DNA of 64,000 nt from a virus (taxonomy: Duplodnaviria; Caudoviricetes), in the IMG/VR virus record IMGVR_UViG_3300033121_001564, positions 34,476 to 98,475 of that record. One strand, 5' to 3'. Positions 27,504 to 38,065 of the stretch are shown here, piece by piece (the first letter of the stretch is position 1; each line of letters opens with the position of its first letter). Under the pieces are notes generated by a model. That model saw only the letters and a program-made list of their open reading frames with translations. It had not been told where the DNA came from and ran no database searches. Made by a program: the position numbers and the translations under genes.

Positions 27504-30500
27504 ATGCCTGCACATGCAACCGACAACTTCGCCGCCGCCAAGCTCGAGGCGATGCTCGCCACGATCATGGACGCCGCCGGCGGCACCGACGAGGAACTGG
27601 ACGCGGCACGGCACCAGGCCGTGTCGATCGCCAGGCTCCGCGAGGACGACCTGGCTGGCGAGCCCGACAGCGAGCCCGACAGCGGTCCCGCCGGGTCCGT
27701 CGTCCGGCACCTCCGCACCGGCTGGGCGGACAGGTACGAGGCGCCACGGGTGCCCGCCGGGCAGAAGGTTTCGGGACAATCCGGTGGGCAGTGGATCCAG
27801 GTCCAGGCGCTGGCGGAGTTCTATGCTGGGCTGTTCAACGACATGGTCGAGGCTGGGTCCCCGCCCGAGGAACAGCAGGTGGACGACGCCTGCGCCGACC
27901 TCGAGCCCTACGGCTGGACGCTGGAGGAAGAAGACGACGAGTGGTCCGCCGTGGAACTGGAGGGAGACGAGGACGACGAGGAGGTCGGTGACGAGACTGG
28001 CGAGGAAGGGAACTCCTGGCACTGGCACTACAAGCGGGTCAAGCGGGGCACGCCGGGCGCGATCGAGCGCACCGACAAGCGTGGGCGGTCGTACTGGGTG
28101 GACAAGCTGCCCGACCCGAAGGCGACCAGCGAGGAGGCTCGCAAGCGGCGGGAGGATCGCGGCCCGGTCGATCGGGAGAAACTCCAGGAGCGGTTGAACG
28201 CCTACCGGGACAAGCACAAGGTGCTCCGCTCCAACGAGCGCGCGGCCCGTGCCTCGGTGGGGCTCCTGCACCGTCACCACGGCGAGCAGGCGCTGCACCG
28301 GGTAGAGGAGCTTGCCGACGCGGCGGAGCGGGCGTACAACGCCATCCCGGAGGGCAGGGCACACGAGGGGTTGCGAAACCGGTTGGGCAAGAAACTGGCG
28401 ATCCTGCACCGGATGGCGGAGCTGGCGGGGACCAAGTTCGGCTCGATGCGGAAGGGGGCTGGCGATGGACTGGAAGGCAAGGGCAAACGCGGCAAAAGCG
28501 GACGGGTACTACCCGAACAACCCCTGGGAGAGGGCGCTCCGTCGGCACCTGACGGCGGAACAACCGGCGATGGTGCGGGAACTGGAGCAGACGAAGGACC
28601 TGGAAGCGTACCTGGCGGTGCGGGTCTGGGGGGCGATGGAACTGGCGGACCGGCTGGAGGAGCAGGGGACGCCGCCGGACGTGGCGAGGGCGCTGGCGAT
28701 GGACGACCTGTACCGGACGGAGCCGCCGGCGCCGGAGCCCTGGGAGAAGGAGGAGGCGAGGGAAGCGGCGATGGGAGCGGCGGAGCAACTCCTCACGAGC
28801 GGTCTCTTGCGGAACCGCCGAGCGTAGAAAACCCGACGGATTGCGCCGCCGGGAACTGGCGGTATGACGACGCGGCCTTCGCCTTTGGCGGTGCGAAGAC
28901 CAAGTTCAAGAACAACATCGAGGCGATCAAGACGCTCCGGAACATCGAGGCGGAGGGGCGGACCGCCGCCACGCCCGAGGAGCAGGCCATCCTGTCGAAG
29001 TTCGTCGGCTGGGGGCAGTTCAAGAATCTGTTCGAGTACCGCTACGGCGACGACTGGCAGAAGGAGCGAGAGCTGCTGCGGAGCGTACTGTCGGGAGACG
29101 AGTACGCGCAGGCGGAGAGCAGCACCCGGTCGAAGCCTGGCAGTCAGGACTACGCTTCCGCGGCCGGGTCGATCCTCAACGCTCACTACACCCACCCCGA
29201 CGTGGTCAAGGCGCACTGGGAAATGGCCCAGCGCCTGGGCTTCAAGGGTGGGCGGTTCCTGGAGACGTCGGCCGGAATCGGCTACTATCTGGGCATGATG
29301 CCTGCGGACGTCGCCGGGCACACCCGCGCCACCGCGGTGGAACTGGACAGCCTCACGGGCAAGATGCTCAAACTCCTCTACCCGTCGGCGAACGTCAACG
29401 TCACCGGGTTCGAGAAGTTCCAGGTGCCGGACAACTTCTACGACCTCGTGGCGTCCAATGTGCCGTTCGGCGACTACCGCGTACATGACTCGACGTCGGA
29501 CGGCGCCAGGTACAACAAGCACAAGGCCAACATCCACGACTACTTCTTCCTGAAGTCCCTGGATAAGGTGCGGCCCGGCGGGCTGGTGATGCACATCACC
29601 AGCGCCGGGACGATGGACAAACTCGACCCGCGCATCCGCAAGGAGTTGGAGAGCAAGGGAGAACTGGTATCCGCGATCCGGTTCCCGGGGGGCGCGCATA
29701 AGGAGAACGCGGGCACGGAAGTCGTCACCGACATGCTCATCTTCCGGAAGAAGCATCCGGGGGAGCAGGCGGTCGATGCCAACGTGACGCCGAAGGAGGC
29801 GGAGCCGGAGCAGCCCGGCTTCACCGGCACGACCGTGGACGCGCTGGGCCGGCTCTACCACTGGGTGAACGGCAAGCGCGTGCCCGGCCCGAAGTGGGAC
29901 GACGTGGTCACCATCCCCGACCCGGCGGGCGGGGACCCCATCCCGGTCAACCGCTACTTCGCCGAGCACCCCGAGCAGGTGCTGGGCACGCACGACCGCA
30001 CGGGCAAGATGTACCACGGCGAGTCCAAGAACGTGACCAGGGGCGAGGATTACGAGGAAAGGCTGAAGGCGTGCATCGGCCGGCTGCCCGAGGGGTTACT
30101 GGGCCGTTCGGCGCCCACGAATGAGCGGTTCACCCCCGAGGCTGCGCCGGCGCCTGGGGATGTCAAGGAGGGCGGCTACCAGGTCAAGGGCGGCAAGTTG
30201 TACGTCCGCGAAAAGGGGGTCATGATCCCCCAGGATGTCAACGCCAAGGACTTGGCCCGCATCCAGGGGCAACTCGGGGTTCGCGACGCACTGCGCGCCT
30301 GCCTCAACAAGCAGCTGAAGGGCGAGGACGCCTCGGCCGAGCGCAAGGCGCTGAATGATGCCTATGACGCCTTCGTTGCCAAACACGGGTTCCTCAACGA
30401 CCGTGCGAACAAGCGCGCGTTCCGCTTCGACCCGGACTCCCCGGTGCTCCTGGCGCTCGAAAAGTACGATCCCGCCACGAAGGCCGCGGAGAAGGCTGAC

Positions 30501-33500
30501 GTCTTCCGCAAGGACACCGTGCGTCCGGCAGCCAAGGTCGAGAAGGCCGACGACGTCGGGCAGGCGCTGAGCCTCTCCCTGCACGAGTTTGGCAGGCTCG
30601 ATATCGACCACATGGCAAAACTGCTGGGCACCACGCCCGACGAGGTGGGCAAACTCCTGTCGGCTCGCGGGCTGGCGTACTTCGACCCGTCGGCGGGGTG
30701 GCAACCGGCCGACCAGTACCTGTCTGGCAATGTTCGGAGGAAGCTCGTGATGGCGCGGGCAGCCGCCGCGACCGATCCCAAGTTCCAGGCCAACGTCGAG
30801 GCACTGGAAAAAGTCCAGCCAGAAGATATCGCCTACCAGGACATCAGCGTGAAGATGGGCACCCACTGGGTCCCGGCGTCCGACCACGCGGCGTTCGCGG
30901 CAGCCCTCCTGGGCGGGAGTCCGGAAGATTTTGCTATCCACTACATCCCCGAGTCCGCCGAGTGGGTGGCGGACTTCGCGAGAACCAGTAACGCCAAGTG
31001 GATTTCGCAGAACCAGCAGGCCAAGACTGTCTGGGCCGTCCACGACAAGAAGTTCATGGACATCTTCGACGCGGCCATGAACAACACCCGGTTGGTGGTC
31101 TGGCAGAAGGACGAGAAGGGCAAGACGATCAGGGACGCCAACGACAAGCCGATCCTCGACAGCAAGAAGACCGAGGACGTCATGGCCAAGGTCAAGGACA
31201 TGCAGGACTTCTTCAAGGAGTGGGTCTGGGAAGACGATGAGCGTCGCGACCGACTGCACCGGCACTACAACGACAACTTCAACAACATCCGCAACATCGC
31301 CTATAACGGGTCGCACCTGACGTTCCCGGGCATGAACCCCGCCATCCAACTCAGGGACTACCAGAAGAACTTCGTCTGGCAGGTGGTGACCACCGGGACC
31401 GGGCTGGCTGCACACGAGGTCGGGACCGGCAAGGCGCAGCCCCTCGACGCTCAGATCCTGACGCCGGCCGGCTACGTCCGGATGGGCGATCTTTCCGTGG
31501 GGGACGCGGTGATCGGCGTCGATGGCAAACCGACCATGGTCGAGGCGATCTTCCCGCAGGGCGAGAAGGAAGTGTTCCGTGTCGTGTTCAGTGACGGTGC
31601 GGTCACGGAATGTTGCGACGAACATCTGTGGTTGACCCAGACCTACCACGAGCGGAACTACGCCATTGCGGCCCGAAAGGCTGGCAAGTCGCACTGGACG
31701 TGCGACAAGCCCAAAGTCCGCAGCCTGGCAGAGATCCGCAAGACGCTGATCGATTCGAGGCTGGGCGGTGTCAAGAACCACTCGATCCCGATGGTGCGGG
31801 CGGTCCAGTTCGACGCCCAACCGGTCCCGATCGACCCTTACACCCTGGGTGTGCTCCTGGGGGACGGGTGCATGACGGCCAACTGTGCCAGGATCACGGC
31901 GTCACGCGAGGATGGCGCGTTCCTCGTGGGGCAGGTGGCCGCAGCGCTGCCCGGAGGCATGGAGGTTCGCGAGCAACCCAGCAGTTCTCGCCGGTGCCCG
32001 TCGTTCGCCATCGTTCGACGCAAGCAGTCGGGGTTTGGGGCCGATCGCAAGCCCAACCCGGTCGTACATTCCCTGGCCAGTATGGGACTCCAGGGCTGCA
32101 AGTCGCACCAGAAGTTCGTGCCAGAATGCTACAAGATCAACACGCCCGAGGTGCGTCTCGCGGTACTCCAGGGACTGCTCGACACGGACGGGTCGATCAG
32201 TTCGCGCAAGGAACGCTCGGTCACGTTCTACACCACGTCGGATCGTCTGGCAGACGATGTGGTCTTTCTGACTCGCTCGCTCGGTGGCGTGGCGCGGCGA
32301 AGACTGAAGAAGGCTCCCACCTACACCCACAAAGGCGAGATCCGCACGGGGCGTCCCTGTCACGTTTTGTGCCTCAGTCTGCCGCCTGACGTACAACCGT
32401 TCCGGTTGGAACGAAAGGCGTCACTGATCGTTCCCAGGACCAAGTACCAGCCGACCCGCTACATCGTCGCGGTCGAGCCTGTGGGCAAGAAGCCCTGCCA
32501 GTGCATCCGCGTGAGTAGCCCCGATCATCTCTACGTCACCGATGACTTCGTGGTGACGCACAACACCTTCTCTATGATTGCTTCAGCTATGGAGTTACGT
32601 CGTATGGGGCTGGCGAAGAAGCCGGCCATTGCCTGCCTCAAGGCGAACATCGAAGCCATCACCAACGACACCCTGAAGCTCTACCCGGGGGCGAAGATCC
32701 TGTCCACCGTGGATATGTTCGACGCCAAGAAGCGCAAGGAGACGATTGCCAGGATCGCCACCGGCGACTACGACCTCGTGCTCCTGACGCACGACCACCT
32801 GGACCTGTTGCAGATGCGTCCGGACGTGGTCAAGAAGTTCATCGGCGAGGAACTGGCCGAGGTCGAAGCCGCCATCGAGGCTAGCAACGAGGGCAACACC
32901 ACCAAGAAGAAGAGTGGGGTTGCCAGTCAGCTCGAGAAGGCCAAGAAGCGGCTCGAGGCAGCCCTCGAGGACGCCCTGGACCCGACCGAGAAGGACGACG
33001 CCGTCTTCTTCGACGAGTTGGGCATCGACCAACTGTTCGTGGACGAGGCCCACAACTACAAGAGTTTGCCGTGCTACACCCGACAGGGCCGTGTCAAGGG
33101 TGTGCCCCAGGGTCGCAGCGAGAAGGCAACGGCCATGCAGATGCGGGCCCGCTGGCTGCAGGAGCAGAACGGGGGGCGAGGGGTGGTGTTCGCCACGGGC
33201 ACGCCGGTTGCGAACACGATGGGCGAACTGTTCAACATGCAACGCTACCTCCAGCCCGCCGACATGAAGGAGCGCGGGGTGGACAAGTTCGACGCCTGGG
33301 CGCAGACTTTTGGCGAAACCGAGACTCGCAACGAGTTCACGGTCACCGGCGAGTACAAGCCGGTTGCGCGCTTCCGCAACTTCGTCAACCTTCCCGAACT
33401 CAAGGCGCTCGCCGCTCAGATCATGGACGTCCGCAGGGCCGACGACCTGAAGAACCCTGACGGCACCCCGGCCGTCGTTCGTCCCAAGCGCAAGGACGAT

Positions 33501-36500
33501 GTGGTCGTCGCCCCGCGAACGGAGTCGATGGATGCGCTCATGGCCGACCTGCAGGAGCGGGCCAAGAGGATCAAGGGCAAGGCCGAGAAGGGCGCCGACA
33601 ACATGCTCAAGATCTGCACCGAGGGCCGCAAGGGTTCCATCGATATGCGTCTGCTGGACGCGAACGCGCCGGACGACCCGCACTCGAAGGCCAACCAGAT
33701 GGTCCAGAGGGTGACGGCCACGTTCCGGGACAACCCCGGCAAGTCGCAACTGATCTTCTGCGACACCGGGGTCAACCCGATGGAGAACGGGTTCCACCTG
33801 TACCCGGACATCATCAACAAGCTGGTGGCCGGCGGCATCCCCCGGGAGAAGATCGCCGACTTCTCGAAGCTGGAGGGCGCTAAGAAAGAGGCCGCGATGG
33901 AGTCCATGCGCAACGGCGAGATCCTCGTCGGCATCGGCTCCACGGACAAACTGGGGACCGGAGTCAACGTGCAGGATCACCTCCTGGCCCTGCACCATCT
34001 CGACGTGCCCTGGGTGCCGGCAGACGTCGAGCAGCGTGACGGCCGCGGGTGGCGGCACGGTAACACCAACGAAGGCGTGGGCATCGTCCGCTACGTCTCC
34101 GAGGGATCGCTGGACCAGACGTTCTGGCAGATCATCGCCAACAAGACGAAGTTTATTCGCCAGGTGATCGACCGCGACTACAAGGACCGGGCCGCCCGGG
34201 AGGAGGACACCGAGGAGTTGAGCCCGGAGCAACTCATGGCCGCGGCGAGCGGCGACCCCCGGATCATGCGCAAGGTCGATCTCGACGACGAGGTGCGGCA
34301 ACTCACCCGGGCTCGTGACCGACACGAAAGGGAGCAGACGAGCTTCAAGGACAAGATCAAAGCCTTCGAGCGCAACCTGAAACGGTTTGAGGATTCGGTC
34401 GAGGGTCTACACAAGGACGTCGCGACCCTCGAGGCCAACCCCGAGTTCACTTTCACTGTCGGGGGTAAGAGTTTTTCCGACCGGAAGGAGGCGAAGGAGT
34501 CGTTCGACCAGTGGAAGAAGGACAATGCCGAGTTCATCTCCACCGGGCAGGGCGGCTACGAGTACGGCTACAACTACGGTCCCAAGAAGGTCGGCGCCTA
34601 CCGCGGGCTGGACGTGCTCGTGGACAAGAGCAAATTCTACCTGAAGGGTCCCGGTGGGGACATGCACGCCACCGGCGATAGTCTGCAGTCGATCGAGACG
34701 ATCGCCCGGAACCTTGAGGGGAATGCCAAGAAGCGTGAGGCAGAGATCCAGGCCGGTAAGGCGGATGTCGAGCGTCTGCGAGGATTGATCGGCAAGTCGT
34801 TCGCCAAGGCCGACGAGTTGGCCCGCAAGAGCCAGGAGGCGAAGGAACTCGATGAGGAACTTGCCAAGAAGGACGGGAAGACAGCACCAGCGGCAGCCCC
34901 GGCGAAGGCCGGCAAGTCGTCCATCCCGGGCGACGACCTCGACCGCGTCTACGACGTCCTGAAGTCGGGCAAGGTGAAGGAGGCGAGCGCCCAGTTGCGG
35001 GAGTTGGGCGAGAAGCACGGGCTTGACGAGGCGGAACTGAAGCGTGTCGCCAGCACGGTGCAGGAGATGTACCACAGCGAGCGTCGGCACGAGGCGGAGT
35101 CCACTGCGACCACCCGGCCGACGTCCTCCCAGGCTCCCCGGGCCCCAGTCGCCCCCAACCCCCCCGTCGAGGGCATGACCCCCGCCCGCAAGGAGGCGAT
35201 CCACGAGGCCCTGCAACAGCTCCACGCAGCCAACGCCGACGGCGCCCGGGAGATCAACGGCGTCGGGTTCAACCAGTACGATTCCTCGTTCGGTAAGCAA
35301 CTGGCGGAACAGTCCTCGCTGACCGACCGTCAGGCGGAAGCGGCGGCGCGGATGCTGGGGAAGTACAAGAGGCAACTGGGGGAGGATCTGCACAAGCGAG
35401 TGGTGACGCCGGAGAAGGGGGAGAAGGAGCCGGCAGTGGAGGCGCCAGTTTCGTCTTCTCAGGACCCGATGACTGCTCATGGCGAAGCCGGAACTGGAAC
35501 CGTTGAGGAGATCAAAAGGCGATTGAACGCACGCGGCGAGGTGCTCAACGGGCTCCGTGGGTCGGCGGAGGCGAAGGGGACCGAGAACAGGATGTCGCTC
35601 GTGGAGCGCCGTGAGCAACTCATTCGCGACAACCGAAAAGATTTGCAGGCTCTGGAGTTGGCGGAGCGGACAGAACGGGCGTCTCCTGCAACACCGACGC
35701 AGGCCAGGCCGGACGTTGTGGAGAAGGCTCCTGCGTCAGTCGCTCCGGCGAAGGCGTCGGCGAAAGTCGGAGGCGTCCCGGCGCACGAGATGACGAGAGA
35801 CGCCTACAGCGACGCCATGTCGGAGCGGTCGGGCGAGTACGAGGACACCGACGTCGGGATTCGGCACCCCGACGGGGAGTTGACATACGACCCGTCCAAA
35901 CTTCCTGGGCCTTCCGATGACGTCCGCCGCATGCACCGGCCACTGGTGGCCGGTGACGCTTCCGGGCGCAAGCGGCTCGAGGCAATGACCCGGGTGACGG
36001 ACGCCAGGACTGAGCTTTCTGACCAGATTCAGAAGGCGATCGAGTCTGGACGCGATGGGGGCGGGTCTCTCGCGCCGGGGTCGCGGGCGCACGCGGCGAT
36101 GGAGAAGTATCTGGACGCCGTCCGGAAGTTCTCTGGCGCGTCGTCATCAGCGGCCGAGTGGGCAGTCCCCGCCGAAGACGCCATCCGCAAGCACTACGAC
36201 GGCGTCGCCAAGGAGTTCGACTCCGGCCGCCTCGTCAGCGACCCACACCGTGAGGCCGTGAGGTCAGCCCTGACCGCCGGCAAGAAAGTCCCGCCCGAGG
36301 TTCTAAAAGACTACCCGGACCTTGCGGGCAAGGCTACGCAACCTCCCACCCCGTCGCCATCAGTCCCCGCCTCTCCCCCCAACGTCTCCACGAAGTCCGT
36401 CTCGACCTCGCGCGGACAGCGGCACGTTCACGGCTTCGAGCCGTCGCAGGAGTTCTGGAAGGCACGCGACGCGGGCAAACTCCCGTCCAACGTGACCGTT

Positions 36501-36752
36501 CGCAGAAACAACAGCACGGGTCGGTGGGAGGCGTCCATCTGGGGCGCCGACCCCGACGAGGTGCGACAGACCGCCGCGAAACTCCAGGAGATCGGCGCCG
36601 CGAAGTTCTCCCGATCCTCGTTCGTGATCCGTGCCGTGTCAGCGCGAGACTCCCGACCCGTCCAGTACGCCCGGCTTGCCGATCGCGCTCGACTGGCGGG
36701 CGACATGCACTCCGCGAGGATCTACGCCAGGCAGGCGCGCGGCGAGTTCTAG
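27504..36752 (+). CDS. Giant DarB-like N6-adenine methyltransferase-SNF2 helicase with intein
   Basis: ETSAGIG and NVPF methyltransferase motifs; HEVGTGK/T, DEAH, ATGTP, QRDGRGWR helicase motifs. Confidence 0.9.
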   Translation: MPAHATDNFAAAKLEAMLATIMDAAGGTDEELDAARHQAVSIARLREDDLAGEPDSEPDSGPAGSVVRHLRTGWADRYEAPRVPAGQKVSGQSGGQWIQVQALAEFYAGLFNDMVEAGSPPEEQQVDDACADLEPYGWTLEEEDDEWSAVELEGDEDDEEVGDETGEEGNSWHWHYKRVKRGTPGAIERTDKRGRSYWVDKLPDPKATSEEARKRREDRGPVDREKLQERLNAYRDKHKVLRSNERAARASVGLLHRHHGEQALHRVEELADAAERAYNAIPEGRAHEGLRNRLGKKLAILHRMAELAGTKFGSMRKGAGDGLEGKGKRGKSGRVLPEQPLGEGAPSAPDGGTTGDGAGTGADEGPGSVPGGAGLGGDGTGGPAGGAGDAAGRGEGAGDGRPVPDGAAGAGALGEGGGEGSGDGSGGATPHERSLAEPPSVENPTDCAAGNWRYDDAAFAFGGAKTKFKNNIEAIKTLRNIEAEGRTAATPEEQAILSKFVGWGQFKNLFEYRYGDDWQKERELLRSVLSGDEYAQAESSTRSKPGSQDYASAAGSILNAHYTHPDVVKAHWEMAQRLGFKGGRFLETSAGIGYYLGMMPADVAGHTRATAVELDSLTGKMLKLLYPSANVNVTGFEKFQVPDNFYDLVASNVPFGDYRVHDSTSDGARYNKHKANIHDYFFLKSLDKVRPGGLVMHITSAGTMDKLDPRIRKELESKGELVSAIRFPGGAHKENAGTEVVTDMLIFRKKHPGEQAVDANVTPKEAEPEQPGFTGTTVDALGRLYHWVNGKRVPGPKWDDVVTIPDPAGGDPIPVNRYFAEHPEQVLGTHDRTGKMYHGESKNVTRGEDYEERLKACIGRLPEGLLGRSAPTNERFTPEAAPAPGDVKEGGYQVKGGKLYVREKGVMIPQDVNAKDLARIQGQLGVRDALRACLNKQLKGEDASAERKALNDAYDAFVAKHGFLNDRANKRAFRFDPDSPVLLALEKYDPATKAAEKADVFRKDTVRPAAKVEKADDVGQALSLSLHEFGRLDIDHMAKLLGTTPDEVGKLLSARGLAYFDPSAGWQPADQYLSGNVRRKLVMARAAAATDPKFQANVEALEKVQPEDIAYQDISVKMGTHWVPASDHAAFAAALLGGSPEDFAIHYIPESAEWVADFARTSNAKWISQNQQAKTVWAVHDKKFMDIFDAAMNNTRLVVWQKDEKGKTIRDANDKPILDSKKTEDVMAKVKDMQDFFKEWVWEDDERRDRLHRHYNDNFNNIRNIAYNGSHLTFPGMNPAIQLRDYQKNFVWQVVTTGTGLAAHEVGTGKAQPLDAQILTPAGYVRMGDLSVGDAVIGVDGKPTMVEAIFPQGEKEVFRVVFSDGAVTECCDEHLWLTQTYHERNYAIAARKAGKSHWTCDKPKVRSLAEIRKTLIDSRLGGVKNHSIPMVRAVQFDAQPVPIDPYTLGVLLGDGCMTANCARITASREDGAFLVGQVAAALPGGMEVREQPSSSRRCPSFAIVRRKQSGFGADRKPNPVVHSLASMGLQGCKSHQKFVPECYKINTPEVRLAVLQGLLDTDGSISSRKERSVTFYTTSDRLADDVVFLTRSLGGVARRRLKKAPTYTHKGEIRTGRPCHVLCLSLPPDVQPFRLERKASLIVPRTKYQPTRYIVAVEPVGKKPCQCIRVSSPDHLYVTDDFVVTHNTFSMIASAMELRRMGLAKKPAIACLKANIEAITNDTLKLYPGAKILSTVDMFDAKKRKETIARIATGDYDLVLLTHDHLDLLQMRPDVVKKFIGEELAEVEAAIEASNEGNTTKKKSGVASQLEKAKKRLEAALEDALDPTEKDDAVFFDELGIDQLFVDEAHNYKSLPCYTRQGRVKGVPQGRSEKATAMQMRARWLQEQNGGRGVVFATGTPVANTMGELFNMQRYLQPADMKERGVDKFDAWAQTFGETETRNEFTVTGEYKPVARFRNFVNLPELKALAAQIMDVRRADDLKNPDGTPAVVRPKRKDDVVVAPRTESMDALMADLQERAKRIKGKAEKGADNMLKICTEGRKGSIDMRLLDANAPDDPHSKANQMVQRVTATFRDNPGKSQLIFCDTGVNPMENGFHLYPDIINKLVAGGIPREKIADFSKLEGAKKEAAMESMRNGEILVGIGSTDKLGTGVNVQDHLLALHHLDVPWVPADVEQRDGRGWRHGNTNEGVGIVRYVSEGSLDQTFWQIIANKTKFIRQVIDRDYKDRAAREEDTEELSPEQLMAAASGDPRIMRKVDLDDEVRQLTRARDRHEREQTSFKDKIKAFERNLKRFEDSVEGLHKDVATLEANPEFTFTVGGKSFSDRKEAKESFDQWKKDNAEFISTGQGGYEYGYNYGPKKVGAYRGLDVLVDKSKFYLKGPGGDMHATGDSLQSIETIARNLEGNAKKREAEIQAGKADVERLRGLIGKSFAKADELARKSQEAKELDEELAKKDGKTAPAAAPAKAGKSSIPGDDLDRVYDVLKSGKVKEASAQLRELGEKHGLDEAELKRVASTVQEMYHSERRHEAESTATTRPTSSQAPRAPVAPNPPVEGMTPARKEAIHEALQQLHAANADGAREINGVGFNQYDSSFGKQLAEQSSLTDRQAEAAARMLGKYKRQLGEDLHKRVVTPEKGEKEPAVEAPVSSSQDPMTAHGEAGTGTVEEIKRRLNARGEVLNGLRGSAEAKGTENRMSLVERREQLIRDNRKDLQALELAERTERASPATPTQARPDVVEKAPASVAPAKASAKVGGVPAHEMTRDAYSDAMSERSGEYEDTDVGIRHPDGELTYDPSKLPGPSDDVRRMHRPLVAGDASGRKRLEAMTRVTDARTELSDQIQKAIESGRDGGGSLAPGSRAHAAMEKYLDAVRKFSGASSSAAEWAVPAEDAIRKHYDGVAKEFDSGRLVSDPHREAVRSALTAGKKVPPEVLKDYPDLAGKATQPPTPSPSVPASPPNVSTKSVSTSRGQRHVHGFEPSQEFWKARDAGKLPSNVTVRRNNSTGRWEASIWGADPDEVRQTAAKLQEIGAAKFSRSSFVIRAVSARDSRPVQYARLADRARLAGDMHSARIYARQARGEF
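28465..28827 (+). CDS. Probable nested out-of-frame gene (120 aa, TnpV-like helical protein)
   Basis: ATG after GAAGGGGG; globular-looking translation while the host frame is Gly-rich low complexity over the same span. Confidence 0.6.
   Translation: MDWKARANAAKADGYYPNNPWERALRRHLTAEQPAMVRELEQTKDLEAYLAVRVWGAMELADRLEEQGTPPDVARALAMDDLYRTEPPAPEPWEKEEAREAAMGAAEQLLTSGLLRNRRA
31434..32564 (+). mobile_element. Class 3 intein with LAGLIDADG homing endonuclease (377 aa)
   Basis: Ala1 start AQPLDA, EHLW, CQCI, VVTHN/T; LGVLLGDG and LQGLLDTDG; splits Walker A GK/T. Confidence 0.9.
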
Positions 36753-37375
36753 GGCAGATCCGCCACCTCCGGCAGTGCAGCCGCTGCCGGCTTCTGGACC
36801 CACAGCAGGTACTCGCCGACCCAGGGGTCTCTCGCCCTGCGGACGGGGCATCCCAACACGTTGATCGTGAGAGCCGTGGCGCCGGACCGATCCACGTCCA
36901 TGCGGTACGAGTGTTCGTGGATCCGCACGTTCGACGACGCCACCGGCCCGTACCGATCGACCAGGCGTTTGCCGGTGTACTCGCTGGGACGGCGTGGCGA
37001 GCGGTAGGGCCCCAGCCAGACCGGCTCGTCGCCAACCCTGACGAGGACGACGCGTGTCTGCCAGTACGACACCATCGGGACGCGACCGAGGTTTCTCTCC
37101 ACCTCTCCTAACTCTCGCTGGATCAGTCGCACGTCGGGGCGATTGTTCCGGGCGAAGGCTGCGAGAACAGCCCAGGGCAGGCGCGGCTGATTCGGGTGCC
37201 CCCAGATCGTAACGTCGGTCCCGCCGTTCATCCTGGGTTCGCCGACCCACAGCCCCAGTACATCCGCCAGCGTGCAGCCGTGGTCGAGCAGCCAGTCGGC
37301 GACGATCTCGGGTGGCTCGTCGGCTTCGAGAGCGCCGAACAGTTCCGGGTGGTTCAGGGTGACGGGGCAGGTCAT
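36749..37375 (-). CDS. Hypothetical protein with TIGR02996-like motif
   Basis: PEIVADWLLDHG; ATGA-coupled. Confidence 0.65.
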   Translation of the reverse strand: MTCPVTLNHPELFGALEADEPPEIVADWLLDHGCTLADVLGLWVGEPRMNGGTDVTIWGHPNQPRLPWAVLAAFARNNRPDVRLIQRELGEVERNLGRVPMVSYWQTRVVLVRVGDEPVWLGPYRSPRRPSEYTGKRLVDRYGPVASSNVRIHEHSYRMDVDRSGATALTINVLGCPVRRARDPWVGEYLLWVQKPAAAALPEVADLP

Positions 37376-37797
37376 CGCCTCACCATCTCCATGCCCGCGG
37401 GCGGCGGGAAATTCTCGGGGTGCTCGCCGTCGTAGTCTTTCGGCTCGACATTCCGCACCTCCGCTGGTAGCGCCATCAACTCGCGCAGGGAGCGGCGGAC
37501 GACGTCCAGGATAGCAGGTGGCCAGTCGGAGAACCCTGGAGCGCCGCAGTCCTTCATGCAGGACCGGGCGCACCCCCAGTTCTCGTCTTCCCAGACGACG
37601 TGGGCAGGTCCAAACTTCAGCGCGTGCTCGCCACACTCGGCAGTTCTGATCGCGGACAGGTACTCGGGAGACAACCCATCCCCTTCCCCGGCAAGCCAGA
37701 GATCATCGAGGATCGCGTCGATCTCGGATTCCGCCCGGTCGTAGATTTCCCGAACGGGTTTCGGCCAGCCCCAGTGACAGTACCAGCAGATCATCAT
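37372..37797 (-). CDS. Hypothetical protein
   Basis: CWYCHWGW...FGPAHVVWEDEN; coupled. Confidence 0.7.
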   Translation of the reverse strand: MMICWYCHWGWPKPVREIYDRAESEIDAILDDLWLAGEGDGLSPEYLSAIRTAECGEHALKFGPAHVVWEDENWGCARSCMKDCGAPGFSDWPPAILDVVRRSLRELMALPAEVRNVEPKDYDGEHPENFPPPAGMEMVRR

Positions 37798-38006
37798 TCA
37801 CCTTTTGCCTTCCTATTCGCTTCCGCTCCCGAGTCTTTACACTCTTCGGGGTGCTCCTTCTCGCATTCGGTTCCGTCCACCTCTCGCGGACAGCAACTGG
37901 CACAATAGACAACGTAGAACCCCCACCCGGCGAAGGCGTGGGATTCTCGATTGCTCAGGCTGATTCGACATTTCTCGCAATACATTTCCACCTCACTCTT
38001 TTTCAT
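37794..38006 (-). CDS. Small Zn-finger protein
   Basis: CEKC...CASC. Confidence 0.55.
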   Translation of the reverse strand: MKKSEVEMYCEKCRISLSNRESHAFAGWGFYVVYCASCCPREVDGTECEKEHPEECKDSGAEANRKAKGE

Positions 38007-38065
38007 CGACGAATCTTACCTTGTCGATTTGCTCAGGTCCATCGCGATTCGCGAAACTGGCGAGC

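Noticed and set aside
621-34325. Long antisense ORFs (e.g. 621-2015, 28509-30017, 30096-31820, 32595-34325)
   Set aside because: Mirror frames of high-GC3 genes with no independent motifs.
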